DNA of 64,000 nt from Tricharina praecox (lineage: Eukaryota): contig NW_026250403.1 of the NCBI RefSeq assembly GCF_024521635.1, forward strand, positions 372,001 to 436,000. The letters run 5' to 3'. Every line of letters starts with the position of its first letter. Position 1 is the stretch's first letter. Made by a program: the position numbers and the translations under genes. The notes beneath the pieces are model-generated. The model ran no database searches. It saw only the letters and a program-made list of their open reading frames with translations, and had not been told where the DNA came from. Below are positions 63,891-64,000 of the stretch, one piece after another.

Positions 63891-64000
63891 ATGATGTCCA
63901 CAAAGCCACCACCACCGCTACCATCACCGTCAACGCCACCGCAGAAATCCCTCCTTTCCCGCTCCGCCGAAGGCGCCAAATTCCTAATCCTATTACAAGT
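63891..64000 (+). CDS. RFT1: Probable N-terminus of Rft1 (lipid-linked oligosaccharide translocation protein), truncated by the window
   Basis: Frame is open to the window end; LLSRSAEGAKFLILLQV resembles the first TM segment of Rft1; only 36 codons are visible. Confidence 0.5.
   Translation, partial: MMSTKPPPPLPSPSTPPQKSLLSRSAEGAKFLILLQ

Overview
Eukaryotic DNA from a filamentous ascomycete: short GT-AG introns with CTRAC branch points and Pezizomycotina-type protein sequences; the class (possibly Pezizomycetes) cannot be confirmed. About 21 protein-coding genes are recognisable: Rif1 (3' part), an Rrn9-domain protein, an Mtc4-like protein, an MFS DHA1 transporter, 1-Cys peroxiredoxin, phospholipase B, a short atypical cytochrome P450, a WD40 plus coiled-coil protein resembling NEDD1/GCP-WD, Iks1 kinase, an orphan membrane protein, Nfu1, a HIT zinc-finger protein, PBDC1/Ypl225w, a Ste6-type ABC exporter, Ubp14, a dienelactone hydrolase, Rfa1, Rpl18, Oxp1, Pro2, Csn3, and probably the start of Rft1. 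The region 27-64 kb is gene-dense housekeeping DNA. The region 8.3-23.7 kb has long intergenic tracts rich in microsatellites. No tRNA, rRNA, CRISPR array or intact transposon was recognised. The best leads are the probable ascomycete NEDD1 (gamma-TuRC adaptor), the adjacent PRO2-OXP1 pair that may form a metabolite-repair unit, the minimal P450, a possibly asymmetric Ste6-type ABC transporter with a promoter minisatellite, and structured introns in RPL18 and UBP14. All assignments come from motif recognition by eye; no database searches were run.
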